The translations under genes and the position numbers were made by a program. A stretch of DNA of 64,000 bases, taken from Campylobacterota bacterium (lineage in GTDB: Bacteria > Babelota > Babeliae > Babelales > RVW-14). The stretch is taken from positions 73,503 through 137,502 of the forward strand of contig JACKCO010000003.1 of NCBI GenBank assembly GCA_020633995.1, read 5' to 3'. Shown one piece after another: positions 33,290-42,349 of the stretch. The notes below the pieces were generated by a model. It was not told the origin of the DNA. It saw only the letters and a program-made list of their open reading frames with translations, and made no database searches. The first letter of the stretch is position 1; each line of letters opens with the position of its first letter.

Positions 33290-36200
33290 ATGAATGCCTG
33301 GAAACAATATAAATTTGTCGTCCTGCTGACACTTTTGGCAGGTAGTATTCTTGGTGTTGAAAAGGCACATGCTCGTCGCTATGCTTCTTCACCAATGGTG
33401 TCTGTTACACAGGCTGGTGATTTTACCTACAACCCTTCACAGGGACATCACAAAGTAGAGTTTCGCGCAAACTGGAAGCTCCCAGCACTTGACCGAGGTG
33501 CAATTAAGTTTCGCGCTAAAGTAGCATCACATGACATTCATGTCATTTTTTCTCCTGAACTGCGCATTGTCCCTGGACAAGGCTACCAGTTTATCATTGG
33601 TGGCTGGGACAATACTAATACCGTTATTCGTCGATCATATGAAGATGATAACACAAGACTGTTAACCGTTACCCGAGATGAAAACCCAGAAGCAATGACA
33701 CAACGCGGCAAGTGGGAAACATACTGGATCAGCATTGATGAAGGAATCTTACTACTGGGCCGAGGAGACAACGTTGGAGACAACATTGTTGTCGCTTGTG
33801 CTGACCCCAACCCACACAAAGGGCTTATGTACTTTGGCCTAAGCGGCTGGGACAATCCGGTAGAATATGCCGACATACAAATTATGCCGTTGGGCGAAGA
33901 GTACGTTCAGGCATCACCTGTTTCTGGTAGTACCTCATTTACCTACCGCCCGGCAGAAGCGAGCAGATGGAATGAGGCAACCTTCCGTCCAGAATGGACC
34001 ATGCAAGAAACTGACAAAGGCTCAATTGTCTTTCGTGCAAAAACAAGTAATGACGTCATCGTTCAGATGTCCACACAACTTTCAGCTAATGAAAACAATG
34101 CATATACCGTTGTAATCGGTGGAGGTGGGAACACTAAAGCATTCTTACGACGCGGTACTAATGGGGGAACAAGGCGTACAATTACCAAAGAGGAAAATCC
34201 AGATGCTATGGTTGTTGCAAACACCTGGCAAGACTACTGGGTAAGCTATGAAGACGGCCTACTCGCTTTTGGTCGCGGTAGACTCGTTGGCGAAAACACA
34301 CAAGGGCTATGGCACGATCCAAAGCCTTTGACCGGCATAAAATATTTCGGTCTTTCAGGTTGGGACAAAGCTGTTGAGTATGAAAATATCGCAATCGCAG
34401 GCCCAATGCCATCGGGTGAACCTCAAATGACAAAACCAGTAACATCGGGCGACAGCGTTAATTATGGTGACACCGTCAGAATCACAACACACCAACAATT
34501 TGATGGCAACAACCTACAACTGCATACCTGGGGCGTTCCATTCACTCACGCTGGCACATCCGGCCAATTTCAAGTAAGTGCATGGCAACATGAAAATGAT
34601 AGCGACCTTTTCAAAATTATGGGCCCAGATGGCAGCAGTGATGATTATAAACTTGGCCAACCAGTAAAAGCTGACGACATTATCCGCCTCAATCAAATCG
34701 ATGCCGGCCACAACCTACACTCACATAACACGCATCAAAGCCCCGGCAATCATGGTTTTGAAGTTACCCTTTATCAACACGGTAAAGATTCAAATGACAA
34801 CTGGCAGCTCATGCTTGATGGTCAAGGAGCTGGCAGCGTTTGGAATAAAGACGCACGGTTCATGCTTAAGCACGTTAACTCACAAGCAACGCTCTACGTT
34901 CCAGGCCCAAAGTATGATGTGCGTAAGGGAACAGGATTTCCAGGTACAGACTACCAACACATTGTAGCTACAAAAATTGGAGCTCCAACACAACTATCTA
35001 AGTTTTTTGTTAAAGAAATTACCAAAAAAGCACCTGTTGCTCAGCAAACAGAAGACGTTGCAAAACCAGTCACCATCGTTAAAGGCCCTGATGGGCATGA
35101 ATGGGGACTTGGTGCCAAAAAAGTTCCTGGTGGTTCAATCACCATGTGCAAAAAAGATGACAAATGGATGGAAGTTGATGGCGGCCTGGTACAACTCTCA
35201 GTTGGGCCAAAGGGCATTCTATGGGGCGTCAATGAAAATGATGATATTTTCTACCGCGATGGCATTAACTCAGACAACCCAGAAGGTACTGGCTGGAGCC
35301 AGGTTCAAGGCAAGCTCAAAGAAGTGTATATCACACCATTTGGCTCAACAGTCTACGGTAAAAATAAAGCTAATGAATTTTTTGTCTCCGCAAGTGGTAA
35401 TCCAAAAAACCCTGCATGGGAAAAACAAGACCAAGACGATACTCAAGTTACCTATGCTCCAAACATTCAAGGCATGAACACAAAAGTGTACGACACCGAC
35501 TGGGCGTTACCTGAAAAAAATAAAGGCAGCATAACCTTTGCAGCTCAAACAGTAAAAGACGTTCATATCAACCTTGCACGCAGTGCGGTTGACGAACCAG
35601 GCAAAATGTATGAAATCATTATCGGCGGTTGGAACAATACCCAGTCAGTCATTAAAGATGGTCCAAACAATTACCTGTTTAAAACCAAAGCTATTGACGC
35701 CATGGTTGACAGCGGCATGGGTAAACGCGACAAACCAGAATGGCACGGCTACTGGATAACCATCGATGGTGGCAAGATTGCCGTTGGTAAAGGCGATAAA
35801 CTTGGTGAAAATGTCATTATGGAGACCGACGACAACAGCCCACACAAAAATATTCGCTACGTTGGATTTGGCGGCTGGGACGAAGTTGTCAAATTCCGCG
35901 AGATCAAAATCGTTGGTCCGCAAAAACCTGAAGAAAAAGAAGTTGTAGAAGTAAAAGCAGAAAAGAAAGATCTTGATAAAGAGTTCTTTGCTCTCACCCG
36001 CGACAACTTCTATAAACAACTCATCAAAAACACACAAGAAAAACATACCATTAACTACGGCGACATCATCGAACTCAACCATGTGTACGGTAACATACAA
36101 ATACATGCTAACAACGCATTTAAATACAACAACACGGGTGGGTCAGGTCAAGTTCAAGTACAAGGCTGGCCAGTTCCTGGTGACGAAAGCAACTACTTCA

Positions 36201-36937
36201 TTGTTAAAGGCCCAGACGGCCAAGATGATAAAACAGGTCCCGTCAAGAGTGGTGACACCATTCGCCTTGAACACAAAGTATCTAAGATGAATCTTCACTC
36301 ACATGCATCACATCAAAGCCCAAACAAACTTGGTTATGAAATTACGTTGTTTGGCGAAAACGGCAAAGGTGACAGCAATGACAATTGGGTTGTCATGCTT
36401 ATGGATGATGACCAGTTTGGTAACCCAGCACGAATCGGCTCAGAGTGGACAACTCGTGATAGCGTCAACTTATTTCACGCAAACAGCAGTGACAACAACC
36501 AGGCAAACACACCAACAGGCAAACGATTTCTTGCTTGGGGCGGACCAAACCAAATGTTTGACGTTTGGACAACCAACGACAAAAACAGCACAAAACGACA
36601 CGAGCAATATGAACTTGCTGGCATGCCACAAGAAAGTCACTGGTTTGTTAGTGGATTCCATAAAGACAGCCCTGAAAAGAAAGAAATGAGTACCGCCGAG
36701 CCTACAAAAGTAACACCTGATGAGAAAAAAGAAGCTGAAAAAGAAAAAGAAGGCGACAAGAAAAAAGAAGAAGAAAAAGTTGTTGAGAAACCACGCGAAC
36801 AAAGACGACGCAGAACAAGACGCCGCACGGAAGATAAACTGAGCCGTCGTAGCCGGCGTGATCGTGGTCAAAGGCGTGAACGCGGCAGCCGCAGTAGCCG
36901 TAGCGCTCGCACTCGAAGCAGTAGAAGAGCACGATAG
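33290..36937 (+). CDS. Exported FAMeT-N-like x3 / MIR x2 / tectonin protein with RS-like basic tail (1215 aa)
   Basis: The ATG at 33290 follows GGGAG (the caller's TTG at 33254 is unlikely). The signal peptide is FVVLLTLLAGSILGVEKAHA. Beta-sandwich modules carry IKFRAKVASHDIHVIFSP..GYQFIIGGWDNTNTVIRR, IVFRAKTSNDVIVQMS..AYTVVIGGGGNTKAFLRR and ITFAAQTVKDVHINLA..MYEIIIGGWNNTQSVIKD. MIR segments include IRLNQIDAGHNLHSHNTHQSPGNHGFEVT. Tectonin blades include GILWGVNENDDIFYRDGINSDNPEGTGWSQV. The C-terminal SDF2-like MIR module is followed by the tail RRRRTRRRTEDKLSRRSRRDRGQRRERGSRSSRSARTRSSRRAR. Confidence 0.9.
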   Translation: MNAWKQYKFVVLLTLLAGSILGVEKAHARRYASSPMVSVTQAGDFTYNPSQGHHKVEFRANWKLPALDRGAIKFRAKVASHDIHVIFSPELRIVPGQGYQFIIGGWDNTNTVIRRSYEDDNTRLLTVTRDENPEAMTQRGKWETYWISIDEGILLLGRGDNVGDNIVVACADPNPHKGLMYFGLSGWDNPVEYADIQIMPLGEEYVQASPVSGSTSFTYRPAEASRWNEATFRPEWTMQETDKGSIVFRAKTSNDVIVQMSTQLSANENNAYTVVIGGGGNTKAFLRRGTNGGTRRTITKEENPDAMVVANTWQDYWVSYEDGLLAFGRGRLVGENTQGLWHDPKPLTGIKYFGLSGWDKAVEYENIAIAGPMPSGEPQMTKPVTSGDSVNYGDTVRITTHQQFDGNNLQLHTWGVPFTHAGTSGQFQVSAWQHENDSDLFKIMGPDGSSDDYKLGQPVKADDIIRLNQIDAGHNLHSHNTHQSPGNHGFEVTLYQHGKDSNDNWQLMLDGQGAGSVWNKDARFMLKHVNSQATLYVPGPKYDVRKGTGFPGTDYQHIVATKIGAPTQLSKFFVKEITKKAPVAQQTEDVAKPVTIVKGPDGHEWGLGAKKVPGGSITMCKKDDKWMEVDGGLVQLSVGPKGILWGVNENDDIFYRDGINSDNPEGTGWSQVQGKLKEVYITPFGSTVYGKNKANEFFVSASGNPKNPAWEKQDQDDTQVTYAPNIQGMNTKVYDTDWALPEKNKGSITFAAQTVKDVHINLARSAVDEPGKMYEIIIGGWNNTQSVIKDGPNNYLFKTKAIDAMVDSGMGKRDKPEWHGYWITIDGGKIAVGKGDKLGENVIMETDDNSPHKNIRYVGFGGWDEVVKFREIKIVGPQKPEEKEVVEVKAEKKDLDKEFFALTRDNFYKQLIKNTQEKHTINYGDIIELNHVYGNIQIHANNAFKYNNTGGSGQVQVQGWPVPGDESNYFIVKGPDGQDDKTGPVKSGDTIRLEHKVSKMNLHSHASHQSPNKLGYEITLFGENGKGDSNDNWVVMLMDDDQFGNPARIGSEWTTRDSVNLFHANSSDNNQANTPTGKRFLAWGGPNQMFDVWTTNDKNSTKRHEQYELAGMPQESHWFVSGFHKDSPEKKEMSTAEPTKVTPDEKKEAEKEKEGDKKKEEEKVVEKPREQRRRRTRRRTEDKLSRRSRRDRGQRRERGSRSSRSARTRSSRRAR

Positions 36938-36993
36938 AAAGAAACAGTTAAAGGAAATAATTTAAATAACAATCCTTAGGGGGAGCAAAAGAC

Positions 36994-39900
36994 ATGAAAT
37001 ATTCACTCTATCATTCAATCAAACACTGGCTTGTGAACATACTTGCCTTAGGCCTTGTATGCTCGTCAGCACACGCAGGACATGGTTTTAAAGATGTTGC
37101 TGGCGCGTGGTACGGGCTTGATAAAGGTAACAAAATCAATGTTACCTCCAAAGCAAGCAACCAAGTAAAAAAAGAGGATTACCTGAAAGCCCCCGCAAAT
37201 ATGAACGAGTACTTTGGGCAAGACCCGATTCCAGGCACAGTTAAAACAGCAGCGTTCCATTTGATTTTTGACGATGGCTATGATCTGCATCTGCGCTGCC
37301 CTGAACATCATTACACAAACTTTTATGCTATTTATGCTCAACCATCACAAGACCCTAAACACCACGGCGGCAAACTGACCCCCGACAACAATCCTGATAT
37401 CAGACGTATCCCCCCAAATTTTCCAGCATTGCCAGCACCAGCTGAAATGGAACTTGGCAGAGTTTACACCAGTAGCGACAAGCAACACATCAACGACATT
37501 CACAATAATCATGTCATCCCAAAGCTCAAACAAATTCTTAAAGAATACGGCTTCATCTACATTCCTGATTGGAAAGCTTTCTTAGGTGAACAAAACTACC
37601 AAACATTTCAAGCCGAAGGTGAACACGCCGTCTACATCCATATCTTTATGAGAAACATCGAAAACAAATACGAAATTCTAGATTTCAAATTTGTTATGAG
37701 CATTGGAACCGACCAAGTTATTATCTACCCTACCACACCCGAAAACGCTGCAAAACACTTAGATGGCACAGAAAAGCAGCCAACCGAACCGGTTATGCCG
37801 GCAGTAGCAGCAACGCCGGTATCAGACTCGACCATTGCCTATGGTGACGTACTACGTATCAACTTTAGAGCTCTGGATCTTCGCCTACATGCGTGGAATC
37901 AACCATACAGACATCCAGGCACGTCAGGCCAGTTCCAAGTAAGCGCATGGGCTTATCAAGATGACAATGATCTGTTTAAAGTACTAGGCCCAGATGGTAC
38001 AGACGAAGACTACATGCTTGGCCAGCCAGTGAAAGCTGAGAGTACTATACGTCTTAAGCATATGGCAACCGGACACAACCTACACTCACACACACAACAC
38101 ATGAGCCCAGGCAACCATGGCTATGAAGTTACACTCTTTCAACACGGTAAAGATTCAAATGATAACTGGAATGTCTTAATCGATGGTAAAAGTGCAGGAC
38201 AAAACTGGGACAAAGCTGACAATTTCAGACTCTTTCACGTCAATACCAGCAGCTACCTCTACCTCCCAGGTCCTAAATTTGACGTACGCGAAGGTACTGG
38301 TCTTGGTGGCTCAGACTTGCAATACATCATTGCTGCAAAAGCTACAGCAGGAACACCCTCTATTGAAGTTGCACGAATTATCTCACAGTCTCCAATGTTT
38401 GTAAAAGATATTACTCAACGTGCATCAGCTCCGGAAAAACCTGAAACTACTGATACTAAGCAAGACACACCAACTACGGTGGTTAAGGGCCCAGAGGGAC
38501 ATGAGTGGGCACTTGGCTCTAAAAAAGTACCTGGTGGTTCAAATATCTTGTGTAAAAAAGATGACAAATGGATGGGGATTGATGGCGGACTAGTAAAACT
38601 AGCGGTCGGTAAAAAAGGCATCTTGTGGGGTGTTAATGAAAATGACGACATTTTCTACCGCGATGGCATCAGCGCAAGCAAACCAGAAGGCACCGCATGG
38701 ATACACGTACAAGGTAAATTAAAATCAATCTTTATCACACCATTTGGCACGGTCTACGGAAAAAATGCAGCAAATGAGTTTTTTGTTTCCTTCAGCGGTG
38801 ATCCTAAAAATCCAGCATGGGAAAAACAAGAGCAAGACGCAACCAAATTTACCTATGCCCCTGACATACAAGGTCTTGACGTCAAAACATATCATTCAAC
38901 ATGGAAGTTACCAGAAAAAGGTAAGGGCTCTGTAATATTCAAAGCACTTTGCTACAAAGACGTTCACGTCAACCTAGCACCAAACCAGGTTGATGAAAAA
39001 GGCAAAATGTATGAGCTTGTTATCGGTGGCTGGGAAAATACACAAACAGTTGTCTATGAACCAGAGGCTCGAGCACAAAACAAACAAGAGTTTATGTTTC
39101 AGAGCAAAGCCGTTGATGCACTCATTGAAAGCGGCCTAGGCAAAAGTGACAAGCCTGTCATGCATGAGTACTGGGTCAGCTATGACAATGGCAAGATTAC
39201 CGCAGGACGAGGCAGCACAATTGGCGAAAACACCTTCATAGATGTTAAAGATGACACACCGTTTGAAGACATTCAGTACATCGGACTGGGTGGCTGGAAC
39301 AACGTTGTTAAATTTCAAGACATCAAAATAGTTGGTGCTGCCCAAGAAAAAGAAGAAGCCAAAGAAGAAGTAAAAGAAGCTGTTAAAGCAGATCCTCTTG
39401 ATCAAACCTTCTTTAATTACACACGTAGCAACTTCTTTAAACAGCTGATTAAAAATACTCAGCAAAAACATACCATTAACTATGGCGACATCATCGAACT
39501 TAACCACGTGTATGGTAACGTTCAAATTCACGCTAACAACGCCTTCAAATACAACAATGAAGGTGGCTCAGGACAAGTTCAAGTTCAAGGCTGGTCGGTT
39601 CCTGGCGACGAAAGCAACTTCTTCATCGTCAAAGGCCCAGACGGCCAAGATGATAAAGAAGGTCCCGTCAAGAGCGGCGACACAATTCGCCTTGAACACA
39701 AAGTATCTAAGATGAACCTTCACTCACATGCTTCTCACCAAAGCCCTAACGATTTTGGAGCCGAAGTTACCTTGTTTGGCAGTGACAGTAAGGGTGATAG
39801 CAATGACAACTGGGTTGTTATGGTCATGGATGATGATCAATTTGGTAACCCATCAAAAATTGGCACAGAGTGGACGACGCGTGATAGCGTTAACTTCTTC

Positions 39901-40446
39901 CACCACAACACCAGCACAGACAAAAACGCAAGCAATGTCTCGAATAAGAGCTTCTTGACCTGGGGTGGACAAAAACAAATGTTTGACGTCTGGAAAACTA
40001 ACGATAAGGACAGCACAAAGTCACACTTACAGTACGAACTTGCTGGCACTGATCGTGAAAGTCATTGGTTTGTAAGCGCATTCCACAAAGACAGCCCAGA
40101 AAAGAAAACAATGACCACTGCAGCAGTTCCACCGAAAAAAGTAACCCAAGATGAAAAGAAAGAAGCTGACAAAGAGCGTAAGGGAGACGAAAAAGTCGAC
40201 CCACGTCGCGTTGTGCGTCGCAGCAGAACACGACGTCGTAGAGGCGAGGTGGCTGAGGTTGACGACCAAGCTCGTTCAGCTCGTAGCAGACAAGTACGTG
40301 ACCGCGGTACAAGATCTCGTGGTAGACGTCGTGAACGTGGTGCTCGCGGAACAAGCAGACGTGAAAGCCGCTCAGTTCGTGGTAGACGTGGACAACGCAG
40401 CAGAGAAACGTCAGCACGTGATCGTCGCGGCAGATTAAGAGATTAA
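36994..40446 (+). CDS. Exported DUF3395-like x2 / MIR / tectonin / FAMeT-N-like / SDF2-like MIR protein with basic tail (1150 aa)
   Basis: The RBS context is CTTAGGGGGAG. The signal peptide is LVNILALGLVCSSAHA. The N-terminal module is AGAWYGLDKGNKINVTSK...YFGQDPIPGTVKTAAFHL, followed by a second, degenerate copy. The remainder is colinear with the 33290 protein (MIR, 3 tectonin blades, one beta-sandwich, SDF2-like MIR). The tail is RRSRTRRRRGE...RSRGRRRERGARGTSRRESRSVRGRRGQRSRETSARDRRGRLRD. Confidence 0.9.
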   Translation: MKYSLYHSIKHWLVNILALGLVCSSAHAGHGFKDVAGAWYGLDKGNKINVTSKASNQVKKEDYLKAPANMNEYFGQDPIPGTVKTAAFHLIFDDGYDLHLRCPEHHYTNFYAIYAQPSQDPKHHGGKLTPDNNPDIRRIPPNFPALPAPAEMELGRVYTSSDKQHINDIHNNHVIPKLKQILKEYGFIYIPDWKAFLGEQNYQTFQAEGEHAVYIHIFMRNIENKYEILDFKFVMSIGTDQVIIYPTTPENAAKHLDGTEKQPTEPVMPAVAATPVSDSTIAYGDVLRINFRALDLRLHAWNQPYRHPGTSGQFQVSAWAYQDDNDLFKVLGPDGTDEDYMLGQPVKAESTIRLKHMATGHNLHSHTQHMSPGNHGYEVTLFQHGKDSNDNWNVLIDGKSAGQNWDKADNFRLFHVNTSSYLYLPGPKFDVREGTGLGGSDLQYIIAAKATAGTPSIEVARIISQSPMFVKDITQRASAPEKPETTDTKQDTPTTVVKGPEGHEWALGSKKVPGGSNILCKKDDKWMGIDGGLVKLAVGKKGILWGVNENDDIFYRDGISASKPEGTAWIHVQGKLKSIFITPFGTVYGKNAANEFFVSFSGDPKNPAWEKQEQDATKFTYAPDIQGLDVKTYHSTWKLPEKGKGSVIFKALCYKDVHVNLAPNQVDEKGKMYELVIGGWENTQTVVYEPEARAQNKQEFMFQSKAVDALIESGLGKSDKPVMHEYWVSYDNGKITAGRGSTIGENTFIDVKDDTPFEDIQYIGLGGWNNVVKFQDIKIVGAAQEKEEAKEEVKEAVKADPLDQTFFNYTRSNFFKQLIKNTQQKHTINYGDIIELNHVYGNVQIHANNAFKYNNEGGSGQVQVQGWSVPGDESNFFIVKGPDGQDDKEGPVKSGDTIRLEHKVSKMNLHSHASHQSPNDFGAEVTLFGSDSKGDSNDNWVVMVMDDDQFGNPSKIGTEWTTRDSVNFFHHNTSTDKNASNVSNKSFLTWGGQKQMFDVWKTNDKDSTKSHLQYELAGTDRESHWFVSAFHKDSPEKKTMTTAAVPPKKVTQDEKKEADKERKGDEKVDPRRVVRRSRTRRRRGEVAEVDDQARSARSRQVRDRGTRSRGRRRERGARGTSRRESRSVRGRRGQRSRETSARDRRGRLRD

Positions 40447-40491
40447 GTAAAAGGTTATTAAAAAAACAAAAGTAAACAGGAGAGAGCAATC

Positions 40492-42294
40492 ATGAAAAAT
40501 GCATTAACATTTTCGCATAGATCTGTACGGCTGCTGCTTGCATTACTTGCAATTATTGGTTTTGCACAAGCTAACGCGGCAACGGTCAAGTTTGGCGATA
40601 CCATTCGCCTGACAGCTGATGTGAATGGCCAGGATTTTCAGCTCCATTCATGGGGAAAAAATTTTTCTCATGAAAAGACTTCCGGGCAACAACAGGTGAG
40701 CGCATGGAAAGCGCAAGATGATAACGACTGGTTTATCGTGATGCCAGAACACGGCCGCTCAGACGATTATAAAAAAGGTGAAGCAGTCAAAGCTGGTGAT
40801 ACACTCAGACTCAGACACAAGGAAACAGGCAAAGAACTTCACTCTCATGACATAAACGTCTATGGGCACCCTGCTCCAAACAACGAAGGACAAGAAGTAA
40901 CCTGCTACGACCCAGACGATGCAAATGATAATTGGGTTCTTGTCATTCGTGGCAAATCTGACGGAGAATGGGAAACCGATGACAGTGTCAACTTCAAACA
41001 CAAGGCAACTAAAAAAAGCGTCTTTTTAAACATTCCAGGCTCAACATTTGACGTCCGCAAAGGAACCGATGCACCAGGACAAGATTTTCAAAATGTTGTC
41101 AGTGCAAAAGAAGAAGACACCCCTTCTCAATGGTTTTACGTCAAAGACATTCAAGAAGTAGCCTCAGCTGAGCAAAAAGAGAACAAGAAAGAAGAAGCAA
41201 AAGAAGAGTCCAAAAAAGAAGATAAAGAGGACGATGACCAACTCGACATGGAGTTTTTTGCTCTGACCAAAAATGTAATGGCAAAGCAACGTCTTAAAAA
41301 TACGCAACAAAAACACACCATCAACTATGGTGACATCATCGAACTTAACCACGTCTATGGTAACGTTCAAATCCACGCCAACAACGCATTTAAGTACAAC
41401 AACGAAGGCGGTTCTGGCCAGGTACAAGTCCAGGGCTGGACAGCTCCAGGCCAAGAAGAAAACTTCTTCATCGTCAAAGGCGCAGATGGTCAAGATGATA
41501 AAGAAGGTCCCGTCAAGAGCGGTGACATTATCCGCCTTGAACACAAAGTTTCTAAAATGAATCTCCACTCACATGCTTCACACCAAAGCCCTAATGGCTT
41601 CGGTTATGAAATTACGCTGTTTGGCAGCAACGGAAAAGGTGACAGTAATGACAACTGGGTTCTGATGGTAATGGACGATGACCAGTTTGGTAATCCTGCC
41701 AAATCAGACACCGAATGGACAACACGTGACAGTGTCAACCTTTATCACCACAACTCGAGTGACAATAAATCTGTGGGTAATGTTTCAGGCAAGCGATTCT
41801 TGACCTGGGGTGGACCAAAACAAATGTTTGATGTTTGGACTACCAACGACAAAAATAGCCCAAAACGCCATGACCAATTTGAGCTTGCTGGTACAGAGCA
41901 TGAAAGTCATTGGTTTGTAAGCGCATTCCACAAAGACACCCCCAAAGAAAAAGAAATGGCTATCGCAACCGAGCCACCTAAAACAGTAACTGCAGACAAA
42001 GAAGATGTGAAAAAACAAGAAGAAGGTGACAAAGACAAAGATAAAGAAGACGAAGAAGAGGAAGTAGTCGCTGACGCACGAAGCGTAAGAACTCGCAGAA
42101 CACGAACGGCTCGTACACGCGGTACAAGAGGTACAACTCGTCGGTCAAGAACATCACGTCCAGAACGCGGAGCACGAGGAACTCGAACCACAAGAACAAG
42201 AGCTACACGCAGCACACGAACAAGCCGTGGCCGTGAACGTGCAGGACGTAGAACAACTCGTACTTCACGCCGCAGTGCGCGTTACGAAGGATAA
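40492..42294 (+). CDS. Exported double-MIR (SDF2-like) protein with basic tail (600 aa)
   Basis: The RBS is AGGAGAGAG. The signal peptide is LLLALLAIIGFAQANA. MIR 1 contains VKFGDTIRLTADVNGQDFQLHSW, DTLRLRHKETGKELHSHD and VNFKHKATKKSVF. A K/E/D linker follows. MIR 2 contains INYGDIIELNHVYGNVQIHAN, IIRLEHKVSKMNLHSHASHQSPN and GKGDSNDNWVLMV. The tail is RTRRTRTARTRGTRGTTRRSRTSRPERGARGTRTTRTRATRSTRTSRGRERAGRRTTRTSRRSARYEG. Confidence 0.9.
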   Translation: MKNALTFSHRSVRLLLALLAIIGFAQANAATVKFGDTIRLTADVNGQDFQLHSWGKNFSHEKTSGQQQVSAWKAQDDNDWFIVMPEHGRSDDYKKGEAVKAGDTLRLRHKETGKELHSHDINVYGHPAPNNEGQEVTCYDPDDANDNWVLVIRGKSDGEWETDDSVNFKHKATKKSVFLNIPGSTFDVRKGTDAPGQDFQNVVSAKEEDTPSQWFYVKDIQEVASAEQKENKKEEAKEESKKEDKEDDDQLDMEFFALTKNVMAKQRLKNTQQKHTINYGDIIELNHVYGNVQIHANNAFKYNNEGGSGQVQVQGWTAPGQEENFFIVKGADGQDDKEGPVKSGDIIRLEHKVSKMNLHSHASHQSPNGFGYEITLFGSNGKGDSNDNWVLMVMDDDQFGNPAKSDTEWTTRDSVNLYHHNSSDNKSVGNVSGKRFLTWGGPKQMFDVWTTNDKNSPKRHDQFELAGTEHESHWFVSAFHKDTPKEKEMAIATEPPKTVTADKEDVKKQEEGDKDKDKEDEEEEVVADARSVRTRRTRTARTRGTRGTTRRSRTSRPERGARGTRTTRTRATRSTRTSRGRERAGRRTTRTSRRSARYEG

Positions 42295-42300
42295 ATAAAG

Positions 42301-42319
42301 AGGGGAGCAATGCTCCCCT
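42301..42319 (+). terminator. Short perfect hairpin (aggggagc-aat-gctcccct) between array genes; weak terminator/attenuator candidate
   Basis: An 8-bp stem lies 7 nt after the stop at 42294, with no T-tract. The next gene starts at 42350. Confidence 0.35.
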
Positions 42320-42349
42320 TCTATAACAAAAAACCAGGGGGATTTGATA

